Positions 51,633-61,779 of a DNA stretch of 64,000 nt are shown here, in pieces (position 1 is the stretch's first letter; every line of letters starts with the position of its first letter). The stretch comes from an uncultured virus (IMG/VR IMGVR_UViG_3300043256_000464) (lineage: Duplodnaviria; Heunggongvirae; Uroviricota; Caudoviricetes): the IMG/VR virus record IMGVR_UViG_3300043256_000464; one strand, 5' to 3'. The notes under the pieces were generated by a model that made no database searches, was not told where the DNA came from, and was given only the letters and a program-made list of their open reading frames with translations. Made by a program: the position numbers and the translations under genes.

Positions 51633-52249
51633 TCTTCCACCTCCGTATTCACCGGATAAGCACTCGCAGCGCCCGCTGGGAAGATGGGCTGTCTATTGAT
51701 CGATTTCAATAATCCCTTGCAGTATCTCAAAATATCCAGATTGCATCGCGCGCCAGCGAGGGCGTTGTGCGGCTTGGGTTCTTCCGGAAGCCCAGCCCAT
51801 TTCAATGCATAATTCAATCCGATGGTAGTAATGCCGTCATGTGCTGGAACGAAGCCGTCACCGATATTGCTCATAAGAAAATGAACGATGCTGTGAAGAT
51901 CTACAACGCGATAGCCAAAAGGCCAATACATATGTGCGCGTTCATATTCAACCGCAAGAAACCCAACGTCGAACTTCGCATTCCATGCACAAACAATAGT
52001 GTCTTTGGCGTGAGTCGCCCAATCAGCAAAATCGCGTGTGGTCCTAGCCATGTTTGGCTTGTTGGAATCATTCAACGATTCTAAGGTGAAGCCGTTAATT
52101 TCAAGTGCCTTAGCATCTATCTTTATATTCTCATCAACGCAAACTTCTTGGTAGAAGGGGTTTTCTCCTGGAAGCATAATAGCGCCAATCGAGGCAATAC
52201 CGTTTACTGAAGGATCGATTCCTGTAGTCTCGACATCAATCACAATCAT
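51629..52249 (-). CDS. DEDDh 3'-5' exonuclease
   Basis: IDVETTG, WNAKFD, VDL, HNAL; AGAGGA RBS before ATG at 52249. Confidence 0.85.
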   Translation of the reverse strand: MIVIDVETTGIDPSVNGIASIGAIMLPGENPFYQEVCVDENIKIDAKALEINGFTLESLNDSNKPNMARTTRDFADWATHAKDTIVCAWNAKFDVGFLAVEYERAHMYWPFGYRVVDLHSIVHFLMSNIGDGFVPAHDGITTIGLNYALKWAGLPEEPKPHNALAGARCNLDILRYCKGLLKSINRQPIFPAGAASAYPVNTEVEE

Positions 52250-52557
52250 TAAGAAGTCCTCTTTTAAAAGTAGCCGGGTATAGCAACGAGCCTGTATATG
52301 AATAATAGATTTGTATGTAGGTTTTTCCTGGCTGGACGCCATGCCTCCATCCATCCCAACAGAGCATAACTCGTAAATCTTCTTGCAAGCCCAGCAAGCC
52401 TTTAATACAGAGACGAGCGATTGACTTCCAAAAACGCCGAGCCTCAGGAAAATCATGTAGAAAATAAGCGGCACTAATAAAAGCGTCGATTTTCCTAAAG
52501 AGATTGTATAGACCATACCGCTTATGGTCTGATGCCCAACGAATCAAATCAAACATC

Positions 52558-52617
52558 CGAGGCGATGCCATTTACTGAAGGATCGATGCCCGTAGTCTCG
52601 ATATCCAATATGATCAT
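52558..52617 (-). pseudogene. Duplicate of the first 20 codons of the exonuclease gene
   Basis: MIILDIETTGIDPSVNGIAS then DV-stop. Confidence 0.7.
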
Positions 52618-52967
52618 GTTTTCCTTTCCAATAGCGTGATCGATTTTCCTAGTTCGCGCGCCAGTTTGATGGTGTGCCAGGTGCCCTTACTTCCAGACAA
52701 CGGAAACGCAACAAGACGATCGCATTGCTGAGCTATTCTGCGATTTCTACGTCTACAAGCATCGGGAAATCCAAAATTTTCTATGTCTTCTTTTAAGGGA
52801 GGATGACAGATAAACATTATTCCGGTTTCTATTGCATAGCGATAAGCCAGAGCATCGGCCCCGCGCGCCCCTCCCGAAACAATCATTTCGATATCAATTT
52901 GATCGAGCTCAGAACGCATGAAGCGATAGTCGAAAAACTTCCTTGATCCAACAACTCCAATAATCAT
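52614..52967 (-). CDS. SLOG/YspA-like (DUF2493-like) protein
   Basis: VVGSR, VSGGARGAD, RRN, SKGT. Confidence 0.8.
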   Translation of the reverse strand: MIIGVVGSRKFFDYRFMRSELDQIDIEMIVSGGARGADALAYRYAIETGIMFICHPPLKEDIENFGFPDACRRRNRRIAQQCDRLVAFPLSGSKGTWHTIKLARELGKSITLLERKT

Positions 52968-53399
52968 TTAGCTTCCTGACAGATTGCCCTTAGAAAGATA
53001 CAGCGGTGATTATTAATATAATCGCTACAGTAAAAACTGCAAGTAGGAAACATCCGGTCGCCACATAAATTTCACAACCTTTCTGGTTCTGCCCAAAACG
53101 AAAATAGATTCGGTCATTCTTGTTTGTCATTGGTCCCATCCTGGATCAACTAAAAACTCGTAGCCCTTCAACCAGTTCACAATAACATCCGAAATGTCAT
53201 ATCTGTAGATTGTACAAAGTCCGCAAAAGCTATAGTGCCAACGACCCGCAGATGGAAGAGGATAACGACCGAGGTATTTGGTATGAAAAACGCGACACAT
53301 GAGATCCAGAAACAGATGCTCAAGTCGACTCATTTCTTCGTGATAATACTTCCAGTGCCTATCTAGCCATTCTTCTTTGATGCTCATGGCTGATTCTAA

Positions 53400-53768
53400 C
53401 TAAACCCCTTCCTCTATTACTGGATCTCCTGCTGCAACTTTAAGTTCGGCCCAATGCACAGAACAAAAGTCAATACCATCAAGAGAAGTACCGCCGCCTT
53501 CTTCTGGATCAAACCAATTCTCGCAAACCTCGCACATTGAACGGCCCTTTGCGCGCATTTCGTGGGCTTCAAGTTTTGCTTCCAGCTCCGAATGTTTCTT
53601 GTTGGCATCCGCTAAGTGCAGAATGGCAAGCGCTAAAGCTTGGGTTGCTTTGATTTCGGCAAACTGAGCTTCTAGAAATGCCTCGTCGCTTTCACTTGTG
53701 AGTTCAGCGGTTGCGAATAATGATTTGGCTTTTTCTAGATGTTCATTAGATTCTTGTATTGCTTGCAT
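53400..53768 (-). CDS. Hypothetical protein
   Basis: GAGG RBS. Confidence 0.45.
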   Translation of the reverse strand: MQAIQESNEHLEKAKSLFATAELTSESDEAFLEAQFAEIKATQALALAILHLADANKKHSELEAKLEAHEMRAKGRSMCEVCENWFDPEEGGGTSLDGIDFCSVHWAELKVAAGDPVIEEGV

Positions 53769-53841
53769 GTTTCACCTCTCCTATATGTGTAGCCTACAAA
53801 CGACATTATCGGCATTACGGAGTTCTAATGTCGTCTATGAA

Positions 53842-54630
53842 CTACATATGCCCGCGCTCCGACCAAGCCGTTTGGACCACATCGCAACACAATTGATTGA
53901 CTTTCTCGCGATCAGGTCTATCGGGCAATCTAGAATGAATCAGCGCATCCTCAATCTTGCTGAAAAGTCGTTCGGCCTCCATATTAACTCGTTCTAACTT
54001 CCATCCACCTTGCTTGATTGCAACTAATTCGGCGGCATCAGGACGCTCAACCAACATCTCGCCAGTTGCCAGAAACTCGACGCCTCCGCGTAGCAACCGA
54101 ATCATATGAGCGGCATTCTTAGGGTCATAGCCAAATTCATCCACAAGGCGCTTTCTCTTCTCTCCCATGTATCCAAGATAAACATTTCCGGCAGTCATCT
54201 TTTTAAACTGGGCTCGGGCATACCCCACAAATGGCTTGTAAACATGTTTCCCCACAAACAGCTCGCGACTATAGAGAATCAGATGACCGGCATTGGTTAC
54301 ATTAATGTAGTGACGATCTTCGAGCCACAAGATTTGAAGGATATTAGGATTGCCCTGAGCTAGCAACGAAATAGCTTTTTTGATTTCATAGATCACTATA
54401 TCAAATTCGTCGCGCTTGATTTCTCGGGTTCCTCTGCTGCCAAATGTTTTAAGACCTAGGTAGTAATCATAATCTGGAACGCAGAAAACCATCACGTCTT
54501 TGTCGTCAATGCTATTGGGATTTTTGCTGGGAGTATAGGTTCCGTGCGCGATTGAACCGCGGTAGGCTGTGAGTATGCTCCAATCGCCAAGTCCTGGATT
54601 GTCTTTAATCAGATCTTTGGGAATAGCCAC
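53842..54630 (-). CDS. Pol-beta superfamily nucleotidyltransferase
   Basis: RGSIAHG...DDKD, GNPN, GYDPKNAAHMIRL. Confidence 0.85.
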   Translation of the reverse strand: MAIPKDLIKDNPGLGDWSILTAYRGSIAHGTYTPSKNPNSIDDKDVMVFCVPDYDYYLGLKTFGSRGTREIKRDEFDIVIYEIKKAISLLAQGNPNILQILWLEDRHYINVTNAGHLILYSRELFVGKHVYKPFVGYARAQFKKMTAGNVYLGYMGEKRKRLVDEFGYDPKNAAHMIRLLRGGVEFLATGEMLVERPDAAELVAIKQGGWKLERVNMEAERLFSKIEDALIHSRLPDRPDREKVNQLCCDVVQTAWSERGHM

Positions 54631-54797
54631 AACAACTTTTCTTTCTTCACTGGGTACGGATATTGAGGATGCGAATCGGGCCCGGCAATTAAATTGTCTC
54701 GCTTTTCTCTGTCTACTTCAACCACCCAACCTATCGGATTATGACAGGTTGGGTCACGCTCAATGATAGTGAGGGCAATATCCTTGTACCAATCGAT

Positions 54798-55244
54798 TTA
54801 CTCACCATCATCTTTTTCGTCTAGGTCGTAGGCCTTAACACCATCCACTTCGCCCACGCTGTATTCAATAGCCTGCTGTATGCTACCAACAACGTTGGGG
54901 TCGCCATGCTCAAAAGCCAGTATGATGGGGCGCGCCTGCAAACCACCTAGCCGACGCTTAGTGTGAAAAGTCCATCCATCATCATATGAAATTGTGATGG
55001 CCGTGGGAACTCGCGCCCGTACTTTTTGAGATGCAATATCCGGAGCACCCGCAGTGATTGTTTTAAGTACAGCTCGGCTAAAACTATCCACTGCCTGCCA
55101 AAGCAAAGCATCAGTCTCGCGCTGAAGCTTCATAAATTCCAAAAGAACCTTATCGCGCTCGGCTTGTTCTTTCTTTTCGCTAATGGCCTTTAATCTGGCT
55201 TCGGCTTCGGTTTTTTGTGTTGCTCTAGACTTCTTTGCCGTCAT
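54798..55244 (-). CDS. Hypothetical protein
   Basis: Coupled ORF. Confidence 0.45.
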   Translation of the reverse strand: MTAKKSRATQKTEAEARLKAISEKKEQAERDKVLLEFMKLQRETDALLWQAVDSFSRAVLKTITAGAPDIASQKVRARVPTAITISYDDGWTFHTKRRLGGLQARPIILAFEHGDPNVVGSIQQAIEYSVGEVDGVKAYDLDEKDDGE

Positions 55245-55627
55245 CGGTTGTCTCCCTCTCCCTTCAATTTTCCTGCAGCTTGGCGCTTGGCCAACTGATC
55301 TAAGTTCATTTGAGCAACGTCTTCAAGTGTGTAACCGACTTCCTTAGCAGCCTGAGAAGTGTACCAGAGTATGCCACCGAGTTCGAGAGCAAGAAGCTCT
55401 TGAATCTCGTCGAGTAAAACGCCTTCTGAATCACCGCGAAGCAACTTCTTTACTTTCCCGCTAAACTCACCTGCCTCCGAAGCTAGGCCTAGAGCAACGT
55501 AGTTGAGCCTTAAAAGCATTCCGACAGTTTGCTTTAGATTCCAATCCGCTCCGGCAAGTAATCCAGAAATACTATCGTTGTAGATAGCGGTCTTTTGAGC
55601 CCTGCGCTGATATTCATTTAGGTTCAT
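55241..55627 (-). CDS. MazG-like nucleotide pyrophosphohydrolase
   Basis: LGLASEAGE..KVKK, ELGGILWY, GEGDNR. Confidence 0.85.
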   Translation of the reverse strand: MNLNEYQRRAQKTAIYNDSISGLLAGADWNLKQTVGMLLRLNYVALGLASEAGEFSGKVKKLLRGDSEGVLLDEIQELLALELGGILWYTSQAAKEVGYTLEDVAQMNLDQLAKRQAAGKLKGEGDNR

Positions 55628-56276
55628 GCTTCAACCTCTTCTTAACTTCATCAATGGAAACGGGGTAGAAATCCCAGGCATCCACGCCCACATCCATGGA
55701 TCGGCCATCCTCTAAGGTTGAGGGTGGAGACGATATCATTTTTTGATACCGGTTTCCCTTTCCAAGTCCACCATGAGAGTGACCATGAAGGTGCCAGCTC
55801 CCATGATGGCTTTGTTCCCAGGTGAACATCGGATAATGGCTGAGGACGATAATTTTGGGCCCACCCCAATTCTTCGGCATTTTCAGGTGATAGAGCTGGG
55901 GAAGAATTTCGACGCTTACACCAAATTGTTCATAAAGATGCCCGGTGTCACCTGGCTTAAATCCAAGATCTTTCAACCAACGCATATCATGGCCGCCTGG
56001 AACTATCTTAATGCTGCCAGTGAGCTGCCAAAAGAGCTCCAAAACCTGCGTGCCTCTCGCGAGACAGAAATCGCCAAGCACGTAGATGGTATCGGACTTT
56101 GATACTACTTCATTCCAGCGCTCTATCATGACGCTATTCATTTCATCGGCATCTTCGAACAACCGACCCCAGCCAGCTATCCTGCGACTGACGTAGCCGA
56201 TGATTTTGGAATGATGGAAATGTTGATCTGCAGAGAAACAGATCATTGCTGTAGGTGTTTTCGTTTCAAACGCCAA
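55614..56276 (-). CDS. Calcineurin-like metallophosphoesterase
   Basis: ADQHFHH, LGDF, GGHD, HYP, LHGHSH, DVGVD. Confidence 0.85.
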   Translation of the reverse strand: MAFETKTPTAMICFSADQHFHHSKIIGYVSRRIAGWGRLFEDADEMNSVMIERWNEVVSKSDTIYVLGDFCLARGTQVLELFWQLTGSIKIVPGGHDMRWLKDLGFKPGDTGHLYEQFGVSVEILPQLYHLKMPKNWGGPKIIVLSHYPMFTWEQSHHGSWHLHGHSHGGLGKGNRYQKMISSPPSTLEDGRSMDVGVDAWDFYPVSIDEVKKRLKHEPK

Positions 56277-56481
56277 TCATCAAAGGCTTCGATAATTTCT
56301 TCTCCAACTACGGGAGCAAAACGCCACACGATCCAAGTGTTTATGGACAAAAGTAAAATCGCTAGCAGCACTTCAGGATGTGCGCCCATCAAATACGCTA
56401 AACCGAACAACAACGCGATTATCACAATCATAACTGGAATTCCCACGATCCACTTCATTTCATGACCTCCTCAAGTAGCGC

Positions 56482-57282
56482 TTATGTCATACAAAAGCCA
56501 CTCTCGCAATTCTCCAAACTATCGAAATTCATTTGATGTGCAACAGCCTTGTTTAATGGCATAAGTGCGGGATGTAGAAAAACATCATTGTTGCCCATGG
56601 CTTCGCGCCGCTTACGTTGAATTTCCTTTTCGATATTACAGGCCTCTTCGAACAGATCTGGGCGTTCCGATCGAAGTCGTATCCATGCTGTGGGGGTGTG
56701 GAACGGGCAAAAGTAGCAGCTTGATTGAGGCGGCGTTGGCAAGCCCGCGCGACGAATAATTCTGTGGCAGTCGTTGCGACTTAATCCAAGATCAATCAGG
56801 GGGTATGACTTCAGTTTCCTATAGCCTCTTACATGTTGCCAGTCCTCCACTCTCGCACGATGAATCTCGTCAACCGTAATGCCCAGCCCAACATATACAT
56901 CCTTCCCTTTGCCATCATGCTCCGCGACCCATCGATCAACTGTCTTAATTTTGTAACCAACCGTGCATGCTCTGTTGCCTGGAGCCCCATTGTGACCCAT
57001 ACGTGCTGGTATCGGTACGCTTCGTTTGGTTCTATAGATAAACTCGCGCAAAGTCTCAAACGTCCCATCTCGCCTAATCCAATTAATCTCGTGGAATTGG
57101 ATTCCCTCTTCTTTGGCAAATGGCATAGCGACGCCACGGACATACTCAAGCGTTCCTGGATTCTCGCTGTCGTCACCAACATTAGCAAACAGGTGAATTG
57201 GATAATCGATCTTTTATTGGGCCGAGAGCACTAGGGCGGCTATGCTTTGAACACCGCCTCCCGATGAAAAAACTCTTATCAT
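56482..57282 (-). pseudogene. PAPS-reductase/PP-loop family gene with in-frame TAA at codon 23
   Basis: MIRVFSSGGGVQS...SAQ*KIDYP...FANVGDDSE continues in frame into the 214-aa ORF (RACT..YK, YPL, SSCYFCPF, CESGFC). Confidence 0.7.
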
Positions 57283-57505
57283 GGTATCCACGGTCTTTGA
57301 GAAAACAATCTATCAAGAATCGACTTGCCAAAATCTCGACTAACCAATAAAGCCAGTCCAGCGAATACTGCTAGCACAAACATGATTTTGACCGAATCGC
57401 TTACAACAACATCGATCAAATAGAAAACCAGGATTAGGACAATGAACAGCGCGGTAGTAGCTAAAAACCCCACTATCAATTCTAAAAGAGTCCTCATTGC
57501 TTTTT

Positions 57506-58096
57506 TCATTTCACTCTCCTAATTAAGAACAGACTGGTTTCTGGCCAATGCTCAGGACTGGCCACAACAAATTCTCCGCTGTCGATATGCGGTTTGATGT
57601 CGCTCCACTGGGGGTTATTCTCAGTCGCGTGATCTGGATGATAGTCATGTGCGAGAATGTAATCTCCCACGCGAACTAGATGCGCGAAATGGTTGATCTC
57701 TTTTGGTTTGTTGCCTCCATCACAGAACACAAGCGCGGGACCTACTGTGGTTACGATCCAACCACTGGCCTTTTTGGTGAATGGCGCACCAAAGCAATCT
57801 CCGATAACTATCTGGGCGATCTCATTAGGTAGTTTATCTATTTGAGCCTTTAGTTGTGGATTAATAATGTTCTGTATGTCCACCCCCAAATATCGGAAGG
57901 TCGGATCATAGGCAATTCTTGAAATCATCATGGAGGCCATGCCGCCTTGCAGAAATCCTATTTCGATTACTAGCCTTATGCTGTTTTCTGCAATCAAGGT
58001 AACAAAATTCGCAACATCCATCCAGGTAGTCTGCGTGACTATGCCAAGAGGATTAACAGTGAACGGTGTGTTTTTATCGAAGTTGGGTGAGGTCAC
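57506..58096 (-). CDS. Methyltransferase-like, paralog 3
   Basis: VIEIGFLQGG...FCDGGNK...AHDY. Confidence 0.6.
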   Translation of the reverse strand: MTSPNFDKNTPFTVNPLGIVTQTTWMDVANFVTLIAENSIRLVIEIGFLQGGMASMMISRIAYDPTFRYLGVDIQNIINPQLKAQIDKLPNEIAQIVIGDCFGAPFTKKASGWIVTTVGPALVFCDGGNKPKEINHFAHLVRVGDYILAHDYHPDHATENNPQWSDIKPHIDSGEFVVASPEHWPETSLFLIRRVK

Positions 58097-58998
58097 TCAC
58101 TCATAGCCTCTTCTGCCAATAACGCCTTGTACCATTCAGCGGCACCTCTAGTCAAGCCCCGCCTGATCTGTGGCCAGAAGTGAGCGTACAGCGCGTCGCG
58201 CACTTCAACCTCTAGGTCCTCTTCCACATCCCTCACAATCTCACGCATGACAATTGGTATATCCTGCGGAATGCCTTCAATCTCACCCTGCTCGCGCAAG
58301 TGCTGAACAGCTTTCATCCAACGTGCTTCTGTCGCCAATCCATTAATCAGATCGGCAATAAAATCATTCCTGCTTGGATTGCGCTTCTTCCAACTTTTAT
58401 CATGCCTCTCTTTGAAGTCCTCTGAAACCATTTTGGCCATCAACGCCTTTTTGTCTTGGCCGAAGAGTTCATAGTTTTTGAATACGATGCCCTCAATCTT
58501 CCCGCCACCTAGAATGCTCTCAGTTTCCAGCAGCGCCGTTATATCCTCAAGTTTAGGCATCTTGAAATATGTGTCGAGAAGTGGCACGCTCTCTAGATCA
58601 ATGTTGGCGGCAATATCGCGCAGAGCTGCCGGGGACACATAATCTTGATCGCCTCGGTCTACATCAAACAAGATGATATTCCCCCGCGGCACTCGATCGT
58701 AGACCATGGTGTTGTGTTTTGGCTTGGACAGATATTCGCCACGATAGCTCCAACCCTCTTGAAGCAATCCTTGATGCCACAAATCCTTTGCTGTATCAAC
58801 CGCTAATTTGAACATGCCAGGATCACCCAAATCGATTAGCACCCTGCGCGAACGACAAGTAAATTCGCCCGCTATAAAGCCGAAGCTGAACTGACTGCCA
58901 TCTATCTTCTCTGTCGCATAGATGGTTCCCTTCCAGAAGCCTTTAAGGGCTTTGTGACCTAGATTAAATGGCGAACTGTAAGCTCTAAGATGGTTCAT
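58093..58998 (-). CDS. RNA ligase (Rnl2-like)
   Basis: TEKIDGSQF, GEY, FDV, EGIVFK, KMV. Confidence 0.8.
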   Translation of the reverse strand: MNHLRAYSSPFNLGHKALKGFWKGTIYATEKIDGSQFSFGFIAGEFTCRSRRVLIDLGDPGMFKLAVDTAKDLWHQGLLQEGWSYRGEYLSKPKHNTMVYDRVPRGNIILFDVDRGDQDYVSPAALRDIAANIDLESVPLLDTYFKMPKLEDITALLETESILGGGKIEGIVFKNYELFGQDKKALMAKMVSEDFKERHDKSWKKRNPSRNDFIADLINGLATEARWMKAVQHLREQGEIEGIPQDIPIVMREIVRDVEEDLEVEVRDALYAHFWPQIRRGLTRGAAEWYKALLAEEAMSE

Positions 58999-59097
58999 TT
59001 TAGGTTTCTAATCCTGTGGATTGTCCATGCCAAAGCAGGAAACGCGAGTAGAAGTAGTTCTGCTAAATGTCCTGGATGTGGAGGGTGCCGTAACCAT

Positions 59098-59595
59098 TCA
59101 AGAATGATCTGTAATATCACTCGGAGCCTTTCTAGAATGCAGACTCTTTAGGCATTCCGATATCATGTCACATACGCCGATTGCCGACAAGCCCGCTTTG
59201 GTTATTTCCATATCTCGGCCAATGTATTTATACCAGACAAGCTCGAACCCTAATTCTTTGTGGCGGAAATTGGGTTCTGCGTTTGATGAGCATTTACAAT
59301 TGTCTGGATCAATGGTTTCGCATCTACAAGGCGTACACCACAGGCACTCATCTTGATCGCACCAACAAAATCTATGCATCATGAATACGTCATTCTCGAA
59401 GTTGACTCCATACTTTTCGGCCCATTCACCAATGTCGTCTTCCGACACCGATTCGGCAATGACTCGCATGCCTGCCTCAAGCAAATCCATCAAGGAGTCT
59501 CTGCTTCCAAAAGCCCCACGAGGAACAATCATCGCAACTCCGCCATCTAGTTGATGGTGGATTTCAATTGGCACACCTTTTGATTCGTCATTCAT
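59098..59595 (-). CDS. Hypothetical phage protein
   Basis: PNF..K...WYKYIGR. Confidence 0.55.
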   Translation of the reverse strand: MNDESKGVPIEIHHQLDGGVAMIVPRGAFGSRDSLMDLLEAGMRVIAESVSEDDIGEWAEKYGVNFENDVFMMHRFCWCDQDECLWCTPCRCETIDPDNCKCSSNAEPNFRHKELGFELVWYKYIGRDMEITKAGLSAIGVCDMISECLKSLHSRKAPSDITDHS

Positions 59596-59619
59596 GATTT
59601 TATTTATCCTCTTTGAGAA

Positions 59620-60003
59620 TTAGGCACTGACAAAAGTTCCTGTGGCCAACCCGCTGATTTCAATAAGATTTTTAATTGCGTGGTATTCCTGTGGCGGAAG
59701 AGCACCGATAATGAGCGGCATAGCCAACGCCAGGGCATCCTGCAAGCTACTCTTCTCATTCATGTGTCTTTTGATCCATGCCTTCAAATAAGCTAGCTCT
59801 GAACGCTTATGGTACAGGGCATCCTTGGCTCTTTTACTCCAGATAATATATTCATTATCTGTCATCGGTTGATGTGTGACCTTGTTGTGAATCTCGGATG
59901 GGTCAAGAGAAAGTTGTTCGTCAATACGCTCAACCTCTTGCTCGAGTACGGATGCGCGCCATTCAGCGTCATGGATATCTATGGGCTCCGATATCTCTTT
60001 CAT
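59620..60003 (-). CDS. Hypothetical protein
   Basis: Coupled ORF. Confidence 0.45.
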   Translation of the reverse strand: MKEISEPIDIHDAEWRASVLEQEVERIDEQLSLDPSEIHNKVTHQPMTDNEYIIWSKRAKDALYHKRSELAYLKAWIKRHMNEKSSLQDALALAMPLIIGALPPQEYHAIKNLIEISGLATGTFVSA

Positions 60004-60779
60004 GAGTGTTTTATCAACGATCGACAGAGCGACGCCACAAACGGAGGCATCAAATCGGCTGCTTCTCTGGTTGGAGCTTTTACCTTCATTCTATGGAAAT
60101 CTCCGTTGATTTCAACCAAGCCCCATGGTTCGGGCAATTCATCTGGTTTGATCAACCCGGCAGGGGCAGCGAAGTAACAGGCATTCGCGAACATTTCTGC
60201 CCCCTCTCGTTTATAGGGATTTTTCATTTCCGACAAAAAATCGGCCCTACTTATTTTGATTTCGTAAGCTATCCGAATAAATCTTTTATAAGGATATGTG
60301 TTCATGACAAGGGCATCAATTCGACCTTCGCCGCTAATAGCACGCGGGGAACCTTGAACATGATAACTTGTAGTAAAGCCGGTTCCCAGTCGAACTTCTT
60401 CTGCAAAAATCCATTCTGGAAACGGGTGTCGCTTGCGTAATGCTCTGATAATGTCGCGGGAAGAATAACCCTTCACGCGTGAAATTAGATCTTCATCTGT
60501 AAGATCCTCTGCAACCTTTTGGCCTTCCTCAGAAAGAACCTGAAGCGATTTGTAATATTCAGACCCTCTCTCCTTCAGCCATCCCTCTTCCCTGCATTTT
60601 TTAATTGTCGAAACTCTTGGCTTGCCATATTGTTTTTCAGCTTCAAAAGATTTACGCCATCCGGTTTCGTGCCACCAGCGTTCGTGTAAAATCTCCGATA
60701 TGGCAAGCTGTTCATCGTTCAACAGTGCCTTAAGTATTCTAGCTCCCGCTGCGGTTGGACGAACTTTAAGCTTAGGCAT
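60000..60779 (-). CDS. MmcB-like PD-(D/E)XK protein
   Basis: RIDAL, YEIKISRADF, ELPEPWGL. Confidence 0.7.
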   Translation of the reverse strand: MPKLKVRPTAAGARILKALLNDEQLAISEILHERWWHETGWRKSFEAEKQYGKPRVSTIKKCREEGWLKERGSEYYKSLQVLSEEGQKVAEDLTDEDLISRVKGYSSRDIIRALRKRHPFPEWIFAEEVRLGTGFTTSYHVQGSPRAISGEGRIDALVMNTYPYKRFIRIAYEIKISRADFLSEMKNPYKREGAEMFANACYFAAPAGLIKPDELPEPWGLVEINGDFHRMKVKAPTREAADLMPPFVASLCRSLIKHS

Positions 60780-61187
60780 TCGATATGAAATTAGAATCCC
60801 AATGCCACAGCAATAGCTTCACCAGCGCGCCAGCCCACAACAATCGTCACGATGAAAACAAAGAACACTAACGCAAGTAAAATCAAGCTGCCGATAGCCA
60901 CAAGCGACTCACTCAAAAACCTCGAAACCCTCATCACCTTCCCTCCATCATAGTTCGCCATTTATTCATTCCGGATCGAATGCAATCAGAACAAGCAGGA
61001 TCGCCGCTATATCTCTGTTGAAAATCCTTGCCACAACATAAACATTTCTTCACTTCGCCTGCTCCGTGCTCTGCATAAAATTCCTCACTGGATTTGAGTT
61101 CGGGTCCTTCCCCGTGATAGCAACGTGGACATTCCTCCATCCAGTGCTTTCCCTTGAAAAACCCTCCGCATTCTTGACATATCGGCA

Positions 61188-61595
61188 TTAGTCCATAATC
61201 TTTTTCATGAACTCACTAACCAATTCAGGCAGTCCCTCTGCTGCTTTATACATCTCCCCCAGTAGCTTTTCGCCATTGGGCAAACTTTCAAGCTCTAGTC
61301 CATATTCAATGTGTATTAAGTTGATACTGTCAAAGGCCGAATCGGTGAATGGGTCATCTTCGGCCCTAATCTCTCCACCCTTGCGCATAATATTAGCTCT
61401 ACGCGCAAACTTTTCTAAGTTACGACTCATGGCACGCTGCCAATTTTCGACGCCCACGATATCGTTGCCGCCACGGAAGTTAGAATAAGGATCGTCGTCG
61501 CTCGCATAGTCAGCCCGCTTATCAAGAGTAATGGATAGGGCTTGGGCAAATAAGCCGAGCTGAATCACAATAGCATCCTTGTGAGAAATTTTCAT
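61188..61595 (-). CDS. Nucleotide-modification-associated domain-like protein
   Basis: KRADYA..DPYSNF...DS..D. Confidence 0.5.
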   Translation of the reverse strand: MKISHKDAIVIQLGLFAQALSITLDKRADYASDDDPYSNFRGGNDIVGVENWQRAMSRNLEKFARRANIMRKGGEIRAEDDPFTDSAFDSINLIHIEYGLELESLPNGEKLLGEMYKAAEGLPELVSEFMKKIMD

Positions 61596-61779
61596 CTAGG
61601 ATCACTTTCCAAATAATTCATCATGATCTATTTATCCTTTGTGAGTTTTTCCGAATCGGAGACAACGTTTATCACCATGTCGGATACACGACGCCTCCTC
61701 GGACAATCGCCTCCGATTCAGATGCCGCGGATTGACAGGGAGGGGACAATCCAAAGAAGGATAGACATCGGGGTTTTGG

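Noticed and set aside
51629..52516. 295-aa exonuclease with hydrophobic N-terminus
   Set aside because: The extension overlaps another ORF; the domain and RBS begin at 52249
52250..52557. Group I intron in the exonuclease gene
   Set aside because: No recognisable intron core seen, and the downstream gene copy is already complete
57214..57216. Genome-wide stop-codon recoding
   Set aside because: TAA, TAG and TGA all end genes normally and ORFs tile densely under the standard code
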